A stretch of DNA of 64,000 bases, taken from the NCBI RefSeq assembly GCF_055900595.2, contig NZ_CM148325.1; one strand, given 5' to 3'. Below the pieces are notes generated by a model. It was given only the letters and a program-made list of their open reading frames with translations, had not been told where the DNA came from and searched no databases. A program made the position numbers and the translations under genes. This document shows, piece by piece, positions 34,466 through 46,308 of this stretch. Position 1 is the first letter of the stretch, and each line of letters starts with the position of its first letter.

Positions 34466-36970
34466 ATGTCACAAACTATCGACCTGACCCTGGACGGCCT
34501 GTCCTGCGGTCACTGCGTTAAACGCGTGAAAGAAAGTCTCGAACAGCGCCCGGATGTTGAGCAGGCGGATGTGTCTATCACTGAAGCGCACGTTACCGGT
34601 ACTGCCAGTGCAGAACAGCTGATCGAAACCATCAAACAAGCGGGTTATGACGCATCTGTAAGCCACCCAAAGGCTAAACCGCTGGCGGAGTCATCAATCC
34701 CGTCGGAAGCACTGACAGCGGTTTCTGAGGCGCTTCCGGCAGCAAACGCCGATGACGATGACAGTCAGCAGTTGCTGCTGAGCGGCATGAGCTGCGCCAG
34801 CTGTGTTACCCGCGTACAAAATGCGCTGCAAAGCGTACCGGGCGTCACTCAGGCACGGGTAAACCTGGCGGAGCGTACTGCGCTGGTGATGGGCAGTGCC
34901 TCCCCACAAGATTTAGTGCAGGCAGTGGAAAAAGCGGGCTACGGCGCGGAAGCGATTGAAGATGACGCTAAACGCCGCGAGCGCCAGCAGGAAACCGCCG
35001 TCGCTACCATGAAGCGCTTCCGCTGGCAGGCAATTGTCGCTCTGGCGGTAGGTATCCCGGTGATGGTCTGGGGGATGATCGGCGATAACATGATGGTCAC
35101 CGCCGACAACCGCAGTCTGTGGTTAGTTATCGGCCTGATAACGCTGGCGGTAATGGTTTTCGCCGGCGGGCATTTTTACCGTAGCGCATGGAAAAGCCTG
35201 CTGAACGGTGCGGCGACAATGGATACGCTGGTGGCGCTGGGTACTGGCGTGGCGTGGCTCTATTCAATGAGCGTCAACCTGTGGCCGCAGTGGTTCCCGA
35301 TGGAAGCGCGACATCTTTATTACGAAGCCAGTGCGATGATTATCGGTCTGATTAATCTCGGTCATATGCTGGAAGCGCGCGCACGTCAGCGTTCTTCAAA
35401 GGCGCTGGAGAAATTACTCGATTTAACCCCGCCGACGGCGCGCCTGGTCACTGACGAAGGTGAAAAAAGCGTGCCGCTGGCAGATGTTCAGCCTGGTATG
35501 TTACTACGCCTGACGACCGGCGATCGCGTACCGGTAGATGGTGAAATTACCCAGGGCGAAGCGTGGCTGGATGAAGCAATGCTGACGGGCGAACCTATTC
35601 CGCAGCAAAAAGGCGAAGGCGATAGCGTTCATGCAGGTACCGTGGTGCAGGACGGTAGCGTGCTGTTTCGTGCCAGTGCGGTTGGCAGCCATACTACGCT
35701 GTCACGGATCATTCGTATGGTGCGCCAGGCCCAGAGCAGTAAACCGGAAATCGGCCAGTTGGCGGATAAAATCTCTGCCGTATTTGTGCCGGTAGTGGTG
35801 GTGATTGCGCTGGTCAGTGCGGCAATCTGGTACTTCTTTGGTCCGGCACCGCAAATTGTTTATACCCTGGTGATTGCCACTACGGTACTGATTATCGCCT
35901 GCCCGTGTGCGCTGGGGCTGGCAACGCCAATGTCGATTATTTCCGGCGTCGGGCGTGCGGCTGAATTTGGCGTGCTGGTGCGGGACGCCGACGCGCTGCA
36001 GCGCGCCAGTACGCTCGACACCGTAGTGTTCGATAAAACCGGGACGCTGACCGAAGGGAAGCCGCAGGTTGTCGCAGTAAAAACATTTGCTGATGTTGAT
36101 GAAGCGCAAGCATTGCGTCTGGCGGCGGCACTGGAACAAGGTTCCAGCCATCCGCTGGCACGGGCGATCCTCGATAAAGCAGGCGATATGCAGCTGCCGC
36201 AGGTCAACAGCTTCCGTACATTGCGTGGGCTGGGCGTGAGCGGTGAAGCAGAAGGTCATGCGTTATTGCTGGGTAATCAGGCGTTGTTAAATGACCAGCA
36301 AGTCGATACTAAAGCGATTGAAGCAGATATTTCAGCCCAGGCATCGCAAGGGGCAACGCCTGTGCTGCTGGCGGTTGACGGGAAAGCGGTGGCCTTGCTG
36401 GCGGTGCGCGATCCGTTGCGTAACGATAGTGTGGCGGCACTGCAACGTCTGCATAAAGCGGGATATCGTCTGGTGATGCTAACCGGGGATAACCCGACCA
36501 CCGCCAATGCGATCGCCAAAGAAGCAGGGATTGATGAGGTGATAGCCGGCGTGCTGCCAGACGGTAAAGCCGAAGCGATCAAACGTCTGCAAAGTGAAGG
36601 ACGTCAGGTGGCAATGGTGGGCGACGGCATTAACGACGCGCCAGCGCTGGCTCAGGCGGATGTCGGTATTGCTATGGGTGGCGGCAGCGATGTTGCCATT
36701 GAAACCGCGGCGATTACCCTGATGCGCCATAGCCTGATGGGTGTTGCGGATGCGCTCGCAATTTCCCGCGCAACGCTGCGCAACATGAAGCAGAACCTGC
36801 TCGGTGCGTTTATCTACAACAGCATTGGTATTCCGGTCGCCGCCGGTATTTTGTGGCCGTTCACGGGAACACTGCTTAACCCGGTGGTTGCCGGAGCGGC
36901 AATGGCGCTCTCGTCGATTACCGTAGTGAGTAACGCCAACCGGTTGCTGCGGTTTAAACCGAAGGAATAA
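34466..36970 (+). CDS. copA: Cu(I)-translocating P-type ATPase
   Basis: 834 aa; two N-terminal GLSCGHC / GMSCASC metal-binding motifs, CPC in the TM domain, DKTGTLT phosphorylation motif. Confidence 0.95.
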   Translation: MSQTIDLTLDGLSCGHCVKRVKESLEQRPDVEQADVSITEAHVTGTASAEQLIETIKQAGYDASVSHPKAKPLAESSIPSEALTAVSEALPAANADDDDSQQLLLSGMSCASCVTRVQNALQSVPGVTQARVNLAERTALVMGSASPQDLVQAVEKAGYGAEAIEDDAKRRERQQETAVATMKRFRWQAIVALAVGIPVMVWGMIGDNMMVTADNRSLWLVIGLITLAVMVFAGGHFYRSAWKSLLNGAATMDTLVALGTGVAWLYSMSVNLWPQWFPMEARHLYYEASAMIIGLINLGHMLEARARQRSSKALEKLLDLTPPTARLVTDEGEKSVPLADVQPGMLLRLTTGDRVPVDGEITQGEAWLDEAMLTGEPIPQQKGEGDSVHAGTVVQDGSVLFRASAVGSHTTLSRIIRMVRQAQSSKPEIGQLADKISAVFVPVVVVIALVSAAIWYFFGPAPQIVYTLVIATTVLIIACPCALGLATPMSIISGVGRAAEFGVLVRDADALQRASTLDTVVFDKTGTLTEGKPQVVAVKTFADVDEAQALRLAAALEQGSSHPLARAILDKAGDMQLPQVNSFRTLRGLGVSGEAEGHALLLGNQALLNDQQVDTKAIEADISAQASQGATPVLLAVDGKAVALLAVRDPLRNDSVAALQRLHKAGYRLVMLTGDNPTTANAIAKEAGIDEVIAGVLPDGKAEAIKRLQSEGRQVAMVGDGINDAPALAQADVGIAMGGGSDVAIETAAITLMRHSLMGVADALAISRATLRNMKQNLLGAFIYNSIGIPVAAGILWPFTGTLLNPVVAGAAMALSSITVVSNANRLLRFKPKE

Positions 36971-37165
36971 GTATGTCATTGCGGATGCGCTGCTTTAGGG
37001 TGGCGCATCTGGCATCGACGCATGCCTGCCGGATGCGGCGATGTTTTGGCCTTACGCGACCTTTTTGCACGTTTTCCCCGGCGTGCCAAATATTTAATCC
37101 GTCCCAACTCCATTTGCGCCATCCCTCACCGCGCGCTAGCATGATATTTCACAAAGGGAGGTCGT

Positions 37166-37960
37166 ATGGATCTGTTGTACCGGGTAAAAACGCTTTGGGC
37201 CGCGCTGTGCGGTAATCATTACACCTGGCCTGCTATCGATATCTCTCTTCCCGACCATCGCCATTTTCATCTAATCGGCAGTATTCATATGGGTAGCCAC
37301 GATATGGCTCCCCTGCCCACCCGTTTGCTCAAAAAGCTCAAAAACGCCGATGCGCTGATCGTCGAGGCGGATGTTTCTACCAGCGATACGCCTTTTGCCA
37401 ATTTGCCTGCCTGCGAGGCGCTGGAAGAGCGCATTAGCGAGGAGCAACTCCAAAACCTGCAGCACATTAGCCAGGAGATGGGCATTTCTCCGTCGCTCTT
37501 TTCTACCCAACCGCTGTGGCAAATCGCGATGGTTCTTCAGGCAACGCAAGCGCAAAAACTGGGGCTGCGGGCAGAATATGGTATCGATTACCAGCTATTG
37601 CAGGTGGCGAAGCAACAACATAAACCCGTGATTGAACTGGAAGGGGCAGAAAACCAGATTGCCATGTTGCTCCAGCTCCCTGACAAAGGACTGGCGCTGC
37701 TGGACGATACGCTGACCCACTGGCACACCAACGCTCGTTTGCTGCAACAAATGATGAGTTGGTGGCTGAATGCACCACCGCAAAATAATGAAATAACGCT
37801 GCCCAATACGTTCAGTCAGTCGCTGTACGATGTGTTGATGCATCAGCGAAATCTCGCCTGGCGGGACAAATTACGCGCTATGCCGCCGGGGCGCTATGTG
37901 GTCGCGGTCGGTGCACTACACCTGTATGGAGAAGGGAATTTGCCACAAATGTTGCGCTAA
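37166..37960 (+). CDS. ybaP: TraB-family protein YbaP
   Basis: 264 aa; conserved position next to copA and ybaK. Confidence 0.8.
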   Translation: MDLLYRVKTLWAALCGNHYTWPAIDISLPDHRHFHLIGSIHMGSHDMAPLPTRLLKKLKNADALIVEADVSTSDTPFANLPACEALEERISEEQLQNLQHISQEMGISPSLFSTQPLWQIAMVLQATQAQKLGLRAEYGIDYQLLQVAKQQHKPVIELEGAENQIAMLLQLPDKGLALLDDTLTHWHTNARLLQQMMSWWLNAPPQNNEITLPNTFSQSLYDVLMHQRNLAWRDKLRAMPPGRYVVAVGALHLYGEGNLPQMLR

Positions 37961-38163
37961 AAAAATGGCCAATATCGCTATTGGCCCGTCAAAGAGGAAT
38001 TTCATTTTTTTATTATTATGCCGTCACTTTAAGCGACGGTGTAACTCGATTGTCGCTCAATCTCACCATCCTGCCAATACTCTTAGGCAAGATGACTCTT
38101 TTTTTTGGACCGCCATCAGGCGTATGCTTGCTTCGTTTTTTTGTTTAAGGCAGGAAAATTACC

Positions 38164-38643
38164 ATGACACCCGCAGTTAAATTACTCGAAAAAAACAAGA
38201 TTTCGTTTCAAATCCATACCTACGAGCACGATCCAGCTGAAACCAATTTTGGCGATGAAGTCGTCAAAAAATTAGGTTTGAATCCGGATCAGGTCTACAA
38301 AACGCTGCTGGTCGCAGTGAACGGTGATATGAAACATCTGGCAGTGGCCGTTACGCCGGTCGCCGGTCAACTGGATCTTAAAAAAGTAGCAAAGGCGTTG
38401 GGTGCCAAGAAAGTTGAGATGGCCGATCCGATGGTCGCGCAGCGTTCGACGGGATATCTGGTTGGGGGGATTAGCCCACTGGGGCAGAAAAAACGCCTGC
38501 CGACGATTATCGACGCCCCCGCGCAAGAGTTTGCCACTATTTTTGTTTCTGGCGGCAAGCGCGGGCTGGACATCGAACTGGCGGCAAGCGACCTGGCGAA
38601 GATCCTCGATGCCAAATTTGCTGATATCGCTCGTCGCGATTAA
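38164..38643 (+). CDS. ybaK: Cys-tRNA(Pro)/Cys-tRNA(Cys) deacylase
   Basis: 159 aa; conserved neighbourhood. Confidence 0.85.
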   Translation: MTPAVKLLEKNKISFQIHTYEHDPAETNFGDEVVKKLGLNPDQVYKTLLVAVNGDMKHLAVAVTPVAGQLDLKKVAKALGAKKVEMADPMVAQRSTGYLVGGISPLGQKKRLPTIIDAPAQEFATIFVSGGKRGLDIELAASDLAKILDAKFADIARRD

Positions 38644-38679
38644 GCATTGTGCCGGATGCGAACATCCGGCACTTTCGGA

Positions 38680-40332
38680 TTACTGCCAGCTCACCTCACC
38701 TTTCGGTTCATAGACACTCACATCCAGCGGCGAGTTTTTCTGGATATACGCTTTCAGCACTTCAGCATCAATAAAGCCGGTATTCACATAGCCCGGTTTG
38801 TTATCCAGACGCGGATAGCCATCACCGCCAGTGGCATTGAAGTTTAATGTCGCCATACGGTAAGTTTTCGCCGGATCGACCGGTTCGCCTTTGATTTTCA
38901 GGTCGTTCAGTTTGCCGTCTTTCGCCACAAAGCTAACGTTGGCAAATTGCGGATAGGCACCAGAATCAGGCTTCATTTGTGCGACGGCGGTCAGGTAATC
39001 AATCACCTCTTTACCGGTCATGTCGGCATACACCACCACATTGCCGAATGGCTGCACTTTCAGCACATTTTTATAGCTGATATCACCTGTTTCGATAGAA
39101 TCACGAATTCCGCCTCCGCTCATCACCGCAAAGTCGGCACCAGTGCGATCCATTTGTGCTGCCAGAATCAACCGCCCCATATTGGTCTGTACAAAACGCA
39201 CTTTGCTGCGGTCGCCTTCCAGACGACCATTGGTTTCGCCTATTTTCACTTCCAGCTGCGCTTTGCCTTTGTTCTGGAACGGTGATAACAGCGAAATCAT
39301 TTGCTGGTTTTCGGCGATTTCAGGGGTGTAAAGCACACGCTCGCTTTTCCCGTCTTCCCAGGTCACTTTCTTCTTCAGGTTTACCGGAATCAACTGGTAG
39401 TTGACCATTTTCATTTCGCCGTTGCGAAACTCAAAGTCGGCCCGACCAACGTACTTGCCCCACTCATGCGCTTGTACAATCCAGATGCCATTTTGTTGAT
39501 CCGGTTTGCATGGCGTACCAGGAACGTAATCGACCTGTTTTTTATTTTCTGCCGCCATACAGACTGGATCTTGCGAGTGACCTCCGACGATCATCGCCAG
39601 CGATCCGGCAGGCAGCGCGCGTGCCATCTCCACATCGCCCGCTGCATTAGAGCCGTGCTCACCATTGTCGTAATGCCCCATATGGGTTGCCGCGATAATA
39701 ATGTCTGGCTTTTCTGTCTGTTGCAGCTCCTGAATCACCAGCTTCGCTTTATCAGCGGGCTTACGAAATTCGATATCAGTGAAGTATTCCGGGTTACCAA
39801 TTTTGGCTGTGTCATCGGTTGTCAGCCCAATAACGGCAATTTTCAGATCCTGACGCTTAAACAGCGCCCATGGTTTAAACAGGCGCTCACCAGTGCTTTT
39901 TTGGTAGATATTGGCGGAAAGCAACGGGAACTTAGCCCACTTTTCCTGCTGGCGTAATACGGTGAGCGGGTTATCAAATTCATGATTACCGATCGCCATT
40001 GCATCATAGCCCACCAGATTCATACCTCGAAAATCAGGTTCGGCATCCTGTAAGTCGGACTCGGGCACGCCAGTATTAATGTCGCCACCGGAAAGTAGCA
40101 GCACGCTACCACCTTCAGCCGCAACCTCTTTGCGAATACCGTCCACCAGCGTTTTTTGCGCCGCCAGACCATATTCGCCATATTCATTACGCCAGAAATG
40201 ACCATGATGATCATTGGTATGCAGAACTGTAATTTTGTAGGTTTTATCCTGCTCATAAGCCAGAGCAGTTTCACTCGCCAGTGTAAATGTGGTTAACAGT
40301 GCTAACGCCACGCCCCGCTGCAATAATTTCAT
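38680..40332 (-). CDS. ushA: Periplasmic UDP-sugar hydrolase / 5'-nucleotidase
   Basis: 550 aa with signal peptide and metallophosphatase motifs (GNHEFD). Confidence 0.9.
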   Translation of the reverse strand: MKLLQRGVALALLTTFTLASETALAYEQDKTYKITVLHTNDHHGHFWRNEYGEYGLAAQKTLVDGIRKEVAAEGGSVLLLSGGDINTGVPESDLQDAEPDFRGMNLVGYDAMAIGNHEFDNPLTVLRQQEKWAKFPLLSANIYQKSTGERLFKPWALFKRQDLKIAVIGLTTDDTAKIGNPEYFTDIEFRKPADKAKLVIQELQQTEKPDIIIAATHMGHYDNGEHGSNAAGDVEMARALPAGSLAMIVGGHSQDPVCMAAENKKQVDYVPGTPCKPDQQNGIWIVQAHEWGKYVGRADFEFRNGEMKMVNYQLIPVNLKKKVTWEDGKSERVLYTPEIAENQQMISLLSPFQNKGKAQLEVKIGETNGRLEGDRSKVRFVQTNMGRLILAAQMDRTGADFAVMSGGGIRDSIETGDISYKNVLKVQPFGNVVVYADMTGKEVIDYLTAVAQMKPDSGAYPQFANVSFVAKDGKLNDLKIKGEPVDPAKTYRMATLNFNATGGDGYPRLDNKPGYVNTGFIDAEVLKAYIQKNSPLDVSVYEPKGEVSWQ

Positions 40333-40549
40333 ACTTCTCTCCCTGATCAGATTTCAACGTGTTGAAAAATAGTATGACGCGACATCATAGACAAGTCTGC
40401 GTCCGGTGAAGATAAATCTGCATCCAGATTAGAAATTCTGTATTCAGCGTTGAGACTTCCTTCAGGCGGCGCATACAGGTATGTTAGTCGGGTAATAATC
40501 ACAAATAAGATCATTCTTTACATCGCAACCCTGAAAAAGTGACTTTCCT

Positions 40550-41770
40550 ATGGCAATGAGTGAACAAACCCAGCCAGTGGCTGGCGCTGCTGCGTCAACG
40601 ACCAAGGCCCGAACATCGTTTGGTATTTTAGGTGCTATCAGCCTCTCACATCTGCTGAACGACATGATCCAATCGCTGATTCTGGCGATTTATCCCCTGC
40701 TTCAGTCAGAATTTTCTCTGACATTTATGCAAATTGGCATGATAACCCTCACCTTCCAGCTCGCCTCTTCACTATTGCAACCGGTGGTCGGCTACTGGAC
40801 GGATAAATATCCGATGCCGTGGTCGTTGCCGATTGGCATGTGCTTTACCTTAAGCGGTCTGGTGCTGCTGGCGCTGGCGGGCAGTTTTGGCGCAGTTCTG
40901 CTGGCGGCGGCGTTGGTCGGCACTGGTTCGTCGGTCTTTCACCCGGAATCCTCACGCGTGGCCCGAATGGCGTCTGGTGGCCGTCATGGTCTGGCGCAAT
41001 CTATCTTCCAGGTCGGCGGAAACTTTGGCAGTTCACTTGGTCCCTTGCTGGCGGCGGTAATTATCGCGCCTTATGGCAAAGGTAACGTGGCGTGGTTTGT
41101 ACTGGCTGCTCTGTTAGCTATCGTGGTGCTGGCGCAAATCAGCCGTTGGTACTCTGCACAGCACCGAATGAATAAGGGCAAACCCAAAGCAACGATTATC
41201 AATCCACTGCCGCGCAACAAAGTGGTACTGGCGGTCAGCATTCTGTTAATCCTGATTTTCTCGAAATATTTCTATATGGCGAGCATCAGCAGCTATTACA
41301 CCTTTTATCTGATGCAAAAATTCGGATTATCTATCCAGAATGCCCAGCTTCATCTATTTGCATTCCTGTTTGCCGTTGCGGCAGGTACGGTGATCGGCGG
41401 GCCTGTAGGGGATAAAATTGGACGGAAATATGTGATTTGGGGCTCTATCCTCGGCGTTGCGCCGTTTACGCTGATTTTACCCTACGCCAGCCTGCACTGG
41501 ACGGGGGTTTTAACGGTGATTATTGGATTTATCCTCGCTTCGGCGTTCTCTGCCATTCTGGTCTACGCTCAGGAGCTACTTCCAGGACGTATCGGTATGG
41601 TTTCTGGACTCTTTTTCGGTTTTGCTTTCGGCATGGGGGGTCTGGGAGCGGCAGTTCTGGGGCTTATCGCCGACCACACCAGCATCGAGTTAGTCTATAA
41701 AATCTGTGCTTTCCTGCCACTATTGGGGATGTTGACCATATTCCTACCTGATAACCGGCATAAAGACTGA
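40550..41770 (+). CDS. fsr: Fosmidomycin resistance MFS transporter
   Basis: 406 aa, multi-TM MFS; conserved neighbourhood. Confidence 0.85.
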   Translation: MAMSEQTQPVAGAAASTTKARTSFGILGAISLSHLLNDMIQSLILAIYPLLQSEFSLTFMQIGMITLTFQLASSLLQPVVGYWTDKYPMPWSLPIGMCFTLSGLVLLALAGSFGAVLLAAALVGTGSSVFHPESSRVARMASGGRHGLAQSIFQVGGNFGSSLGPLLAAVIIAPYGKGNVAWFVLAALLAIVVLAQISRWYSAQHRMNKGKPKATIINPLPRNKVVLAVSILLILIFSKYFYMASISSYYTFYLMQKFGLSIQNAQLHLFAFLFAVAAGTVIGGPVGDKIGRKYVIWGSILGVAPFTLILPYASLHWTGVLTVIIGFILASAFSAILVYAQELLPGRIGMVSGLFFGFAFGMGGLGAAVLGLIADHTSIELVYKICAFLPLLGMLTIFLPDNRHKD

Positions 41771-42007
41771 TTTCATTGCAGCCAAAGGCAAACTTTGGCT
41801 GCATCGTTTTACAGTCGCCATAAGCCTTTCCTCTGTTAAACCGCCTTCTGTTTTCCGATCCGTGCTTTTTTTGCCGCTAATTCCATTTTTCTGCAAAATT
41901 CAACAATTATTCATAAACATCATCAATGAAATTGTCATAAACTATTACCTGTAATTTTGGTTTTCCCGGCCAAAAATGGACAATAACCACCAGGAAAAGG
42001 AGACGGA

Positions 42008-43684
42008 ATGCATCACGCCACCCCGCTTATCACCACCATTGTTGGCGGCCTTGTGCTCGCCTTTATCCTCGGCATGCTGGCCAATAAACTACGCATTTCT
42101 CCTCTGGTGGGATACCTGTTAGCAGGTGTGCTGGCGGGACCATTCACTCCTGGCTTTGTTGCCGATACCAAGCTCGCGCCGGAACTGGCGGAGCTGGGCG
42201 TTATTCTGCTGATGTTCGGCGTCGGTTTGCACTTTTCGCTGAAGGATTTGATGGCGGTAAAGGCCATCGCCATTCCCGGCGCGATCGCCCAGATAGCCGT
42301 GGCGACGCTGCTGGGTATGGCGCTCTCCGCCGTGCTGGGCTGGTCGTTAATGACCGGTATCGTGTTCGGTTTATGTCTTTCCACCGCCAGTACCGTGGTG
42401 TTACTGCGCGCACTTGAAGAACGGCAATTAATAGACAGCCAGCGTGGGCAAATCGCCATCGGTTGGTTGATTGTGGAAGACCTGGTCATGGTTCTGACGC
42501 TGGTATTGCTGCCCGCAGTAGCAGGAATGATGGAACAGGGCGATGTGGGCTTTGCCACTCTTGCAGTCGATATGGGGATCACCATCGGCAAGGTGATCGC
42601 ATTTATCGCCATTATGATGCTGGTAGGTCGCCGTCTGGTGCCGTGGATTATGGCACGCAGCGCAGCAACCGGTTCCCGCGAGCTGTTTACCCTGTCGGTG
42701 CTGGCGCTGGCGTTAGGGATTGCCTTTGGTGCGGTGGAGCTGTTTGATGTCTCCTTTGCACTCGGTGCGTTCTTTGCCGGGATGGTACTGAACGAGTCTG
42801 AACTGAGTCACCGTGCTGCCCACGATACGCTGCCATTACGCGACGCGTTTGCGGTGCTGTTTTTTGTCTCCGTCGGAATGCTGTTTGATCCGTTAATTCT
42901 GATTCAGCAACCACTGGCGGTGCTAGCGACGCTGGCGATTATTCTGTTTGGTAAGTCATTAGCCGCGTTTTTCCTGGTGCGACTGTTTGGTCACTCTCAA
43001 CGTACGGCATTAACTATCGCCGCCAGCCTGGCGCAAATTGGTGAGTTCGCTTTTATCCTGGCGGGGCTGGGGATGGCGCTGGATCTGTTGCCGCAGGCCG
43101 GACAAAACCTGGTGCTGGCAGGGGCAATCCTGTCGATTATGCTTAACCCGGTGCTGTTCGCGCTGCTGGAGAAATATCTGGCGAAGACCGAAACGCTGGA
43201 AGAGCAGACGCTGGAAGAAGCTATCGAAGAGGAGAAGCAGATTCCGGTGGATATCTGCAACCATGCGCTGCTGGTAGGTTATGGTCGTGTGGGCAGCCTG
43301 CTGGGGGAGAAGTTGCTCGCATCTGATATTCCTTTAGTGGTGATTGAGACGTCACGTACTCGCGTCGATGAACTGCGCGAGCGCGGGGTCCGGGCGGTAT
43401 TAGGCAACGCGGCGAATGAAGAAATTATGCAACTAGCGCATCTGGAATGCGCAAAATGGCTGATCCTGACGATTCCCAATGGTTACGAAGCAGGCGAGAT
43501 TGTGGCGTCTGCTCGCGCGAAAAACCCGGATATTGAGATTATCGCCCGCGCCCATTATGACGACGAGGTAGCATATATTACCGAGCGCGGGGCGAATCAG
43601 GTGGTAATGGGCGAGCGTGAAATCGCCCGTACTATGCTGGAACTGCTGGAAACGCCACCGGCGGGTGAAGTGGTGACGGGGTAA
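42008..43684 (+). CDS. ybaL: CPA2-family K+/H+ antiporter with C-terminal TrkA-N domain
   Basis: 558 aa, multi-TM plus a Rossmann-like C-terminus (LLVGYGRVGS). Confidence 0.85.
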   Translation: MHHATPLITTIVGGLVLAFILGMLANKLRISPLVGYLLAGVLAGPFTPGFVADTKLAPELAELGVILLMFGVGLHFSLKDLMAVKAIAIPGAIAQIAVATLLGMALSAVLGWSLMTGIVFGLCLSTASTVVLLRALEERQLIDSQRGQIAIGWLIVEDLVMVLTLVLLPAVAGMMEQGDVGFATLAVDMGITIGKVIAFIAIMMLVGRRLVPWIMARSAATGSRELFTLSVLALALGIAFGAVELFDVSFALGAFFAGMVLNESELSHRAAHDTLPLRDAFAVLFFVSVGMLFDPLILIQQPLAVLATLAIILFGKSLAAFFLVRLFGHSQRTALTIAASLAQIGEFAFILAGLGMALDLLPQAGQNLVLAGAILSIMLNPVLFALLEKYLAKTETLEEQTLEEAIEEEKQIPVDICNHALLVGYGRVGSLLGEKLLASDIPLVVIETSRTRVDELRERGVRAVLGNAANEEIMQLAHLECAKWLILTIPNGYEAGEIVASARAKNPDIEIIARAHYDDEVAYITERGANQVVMGEREIARTMLELLETPPAGEVVTG

Positions 43685-43694
43685 GACATTGATT

Positions 43695-43885
43695 CCATTG
43701 CCGGATGCGATGCTGGCGCATCTTATCCGGCCTACAGGTGCCACCTTCCAAAGGTCGGATAAGGCGTTTATGTCGCATCCGACTGTCATTGCCGGATGCG
43801 ATGTTGACACATCTTATCCAGCCTACAGGTGCCATCTTTCGTAGGTCGGATAAGGCGTTTATGCCGCATCCGACTGTCATCAGTC
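43695..43885. repeat. REP / BIME elements
   Basis: Two copies of GCCGGATGCG...CTTATCCGGCCTACAGGTGCC-type REP sequence. Confidence 0.75.
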
Positions 43886-43892
43886 CGATAAC

Positions 43893-45197
43893 TTAACGAT
43901 CCCAGTAAGACTCTTCCAGACTGTCTTCACGCTCCGGTAAGCCGCGCGTTAAACGAGGTGAATGCTGGTTCAGTACCTGATAGCTCACACGGTTAGCATA
44001 TTTACACACCTGCGCTAATGACGAATACGTTAACCAGGTGAATTTATGTTTGCTGGAGTTTGGTACGTTGCTACGGTGGTAGCTGTTGGCGGTAATGTCA
44101 TGCAGCAATGCTGCCAGTGCGCCATCCCCGGCACCGTTGGTGTTCATGATCTTTTCCGGCCCGCCCATGTACGGCGCAATGTGAGAATAGACGCGCAGCG
44201 GGTTCTGGCAATCTTTATGGCGCATGGCGCGGCTAAACTCATACTGGTTAAATTCCGCTATAGCGCCCGGCAGCAGCGGATGCTGGGTTTTACGTTTCGC
44301 TTCGTCTTCAGTAAAGCCCGCCATATACAAGCCGATTGGCCCGGCGGTGCACAGCACCAGATCAACCCAGTCCAGCGCCTTGTCAGATGCCAACAACGGA
44401 TCGCTTTCTCCGGTCAACGCTTCGGCCTCATCTTCGTTCATCGCAAGGATAGAGACGTGATCTTTGAGGAATTGCTGCCACCACTGCGGATTCTCGGCAA
44501 TGACAAACTTGGTGCCCAGCGTCAGCACCACCGGTACGTTATATTTCTTCGCGTACTCAATGGCTTTCATGGTTGCTTCCGGCATGGGTTCACCCGGCTT
44601 ACAACGCACCAGATAAGAAGTGAGAACCAGTGCCGAGGCTCCGGCAATCACATCTTCCGGAATACTTTCAGCCCGCAGCTGGTTCATGTGGCCAGGGCTG
44701 ATAGCAAAGGTACGTTCCCCGGACTCGCCAATCAGGGTAAAGCAGCGACCAATCGGGCCGTCCACGCCTTGCAGATAGTTAAGATCGGTACGGCTGGAGG
44801 TGTTACACAGGTAACGATAGGCATAGCTGCCAATTTCAATATTGCTGCACATGACGCCCAGCAGCACCGAACGGTCGTCCGCGAGCACCGAGTAGTTGTG
44901 CATGGTGTTACCAATGGTGCCACCCGCAAACTGGTGAGTAATCAGGTTTTTCTGTTTCAGCTCCTGATAAAGTGCTTCGGCAACATCATCCTCAATCACC
45001 AGTGAATGCCCGGCGCTTAATCCATAACGCTCAATGAACTCATCATCCACTTTCGCTTCAATATCGACCAGCGTTTGATCGATACCCACTACCCAGGCAG
45101 CGCTGGTTTCGTTTTCTGGCTGGAATTGCTGAAGCAGCGGATCGCGTGCGTTTACGGGAAAATAATGTTTGGATTTACGTTTGCCGGGAAATTTCAT
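43893..45197 (-). CDS. gsk: Inosine-guanosine kinase
   Basis: 434 aa; conserved neighbourhood. Confidence 0.9.
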   Translation of the reverse strand: MKFPGKRKSKHYFPVNARDPLLQQFQPENETSAAWVVGIDQTLVDIEAKVDDEFIERYGLSAGHSLVIEDDVAEALYQELKQKNLITHQFAGGTIGNTMHNYSVLADDRSVLLGVMCSNIEIGSYAYRYLCNTSSRTDLNYLQGVDGPIGRCFTLIGESGERTFAISPGHMNQLRAESIPEDVIAGASALVLTSYLVRCKPGEPMPEATMKAIEYAKKYNVPVVLTLGTKFVIAENPQWWQQFLKDHVSILAMNEDEAEALTGESDPLLASDKALDWVDLVLCTAGPIGLYMAGFTEDEAKRKTQHPLLPGAIAEFNQYEFSRAMRHKDCQNPLRVYSHIAPYMGGPEKIMNTNGAGDGALAALLHDITANSYHRSNVPNSSKHKFTWLTYSSLAQVCKYANRVSYQVLNQHSPRLTRGLPEREDSLEESYWDR

Positions 45198-45348
45198 GGT
45201 TGTTTTTACGGGTGGTTAACTGAGCGGCGAATGTTAACACAATCAGACGGGAGCGCGCGAGACGCAGCCAGTTTCAATATCAGCAGGCGGGATCGCATTT
45301 TCATGGCAGTGGTTCCTTACAATGACGTAATTTGAAAGGAGTTTTTGC

Positions 45349-46308
45349 ATGAAGCCGGAAAACAAATTACCCGTTCTGGACCTTATTTCTGCTGAAATGA
45401 AGACCGTTGTGAATACTCTTCAGCCGGATTTACCGCCCTGGCCCGCAACGGGAACGATTGCTGAGCAACGACAGTATTACACACTTGAGCGCCGATTCTG
45501 GAATGCGGGCGCTCCAGAAATGGCAACCAGCGCTTACATGGTTCCCACACCTTATGGTCAGGTCGAGACTCGCCTCTACTCACCCAAAAGTCACAGCCCG
45601 GCGACACTATTTTATCTGCATGGTGGTGGTTTTATTCTCGGCAATCTTGATACCCACGATCGGATTATGCGACTGCTGGCAAATTACACCCAATGTACAG
45701 TGATTGGTATTGCTTACACTCTTTCGCCGGAAGCACGTTTTCCGCAGGCAATAGAGGAAATTGTGGCTGCCTGTTGCCACTTCCACCAGCAGGCAGAGGA
45801 TTATCAAATCAATATGTCACGCATTGGTTTTGCTGGTGATTCTGCAGGCGCAATGCTGGCGCTCGCCGGTGCGTTGTGGTTACGTGATAAACAGATAGAT
45901 TGCGGTGAAGTTGCGGGCGTTTTGCTGTGGTATGGGCTTTACGGATTACGGGATTCCGTGACTCGTCGTCTGTTGGGCGGTGTTTGGGATGGCTTAACGC
46001 AAGAGGATTTACAGATGTATGAAGAGGCGTATTTAAGCAACGACGCTGACCGCGAGTCGCCGTATTACTGCCTGTTTAATAATGATCTCACTCGTGAGGT
46101 TCCGCCCTGTTTTATTGCCGGAGCGGAGTTCGATCCGCTGCTGGATGACAGCCGTCTGCTTTACCAGACGTTAGCGGCGCATCAGCAGCCCTGTGAGTTC
46201 AAACTCTACCCAGGCACGCTGCACGCCTTTTTGCATTATTCACGGATGATGAAAGCCGCCGACGAGGCTCTTCGCGACGGCGCTCAGTTCTTTACCGCTC
46301 AGCTTTAG
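45349..46308 (+). CDS. aes: Acetyl esterase
   Basis: 319 aa; HGGGF and GDSAG esterase motifs. Confidence 0.9.
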   Translation: MKPENKLPVLDLISAEMKTVVNTLQPDLPPWPATGTIAEQRQYYTLERRFWNAGAPEMATSAYMVPTPYGQVETRLYSPKSHSPATLFYLHGGGFILGNLDTHDRIMRLLANYTQCTVIGIAYTLSPEARFPQAIEEIVAACCHFHQQAEDYQINMSRIGFAGDSAGAMLALAGALWLRDKQIDCGEVAGVLLWYGLYGLRDSVTRRLLGGVWDGLTQEDLQMYEEAYLSNDADRESPYYCLFNNDLTREVPPCFIAGAEFDPLLDDSRLLYQTLAAHQQPCEFKLYPGTLHAFLHYSRMMKAADEALRDGAQFFTAQL

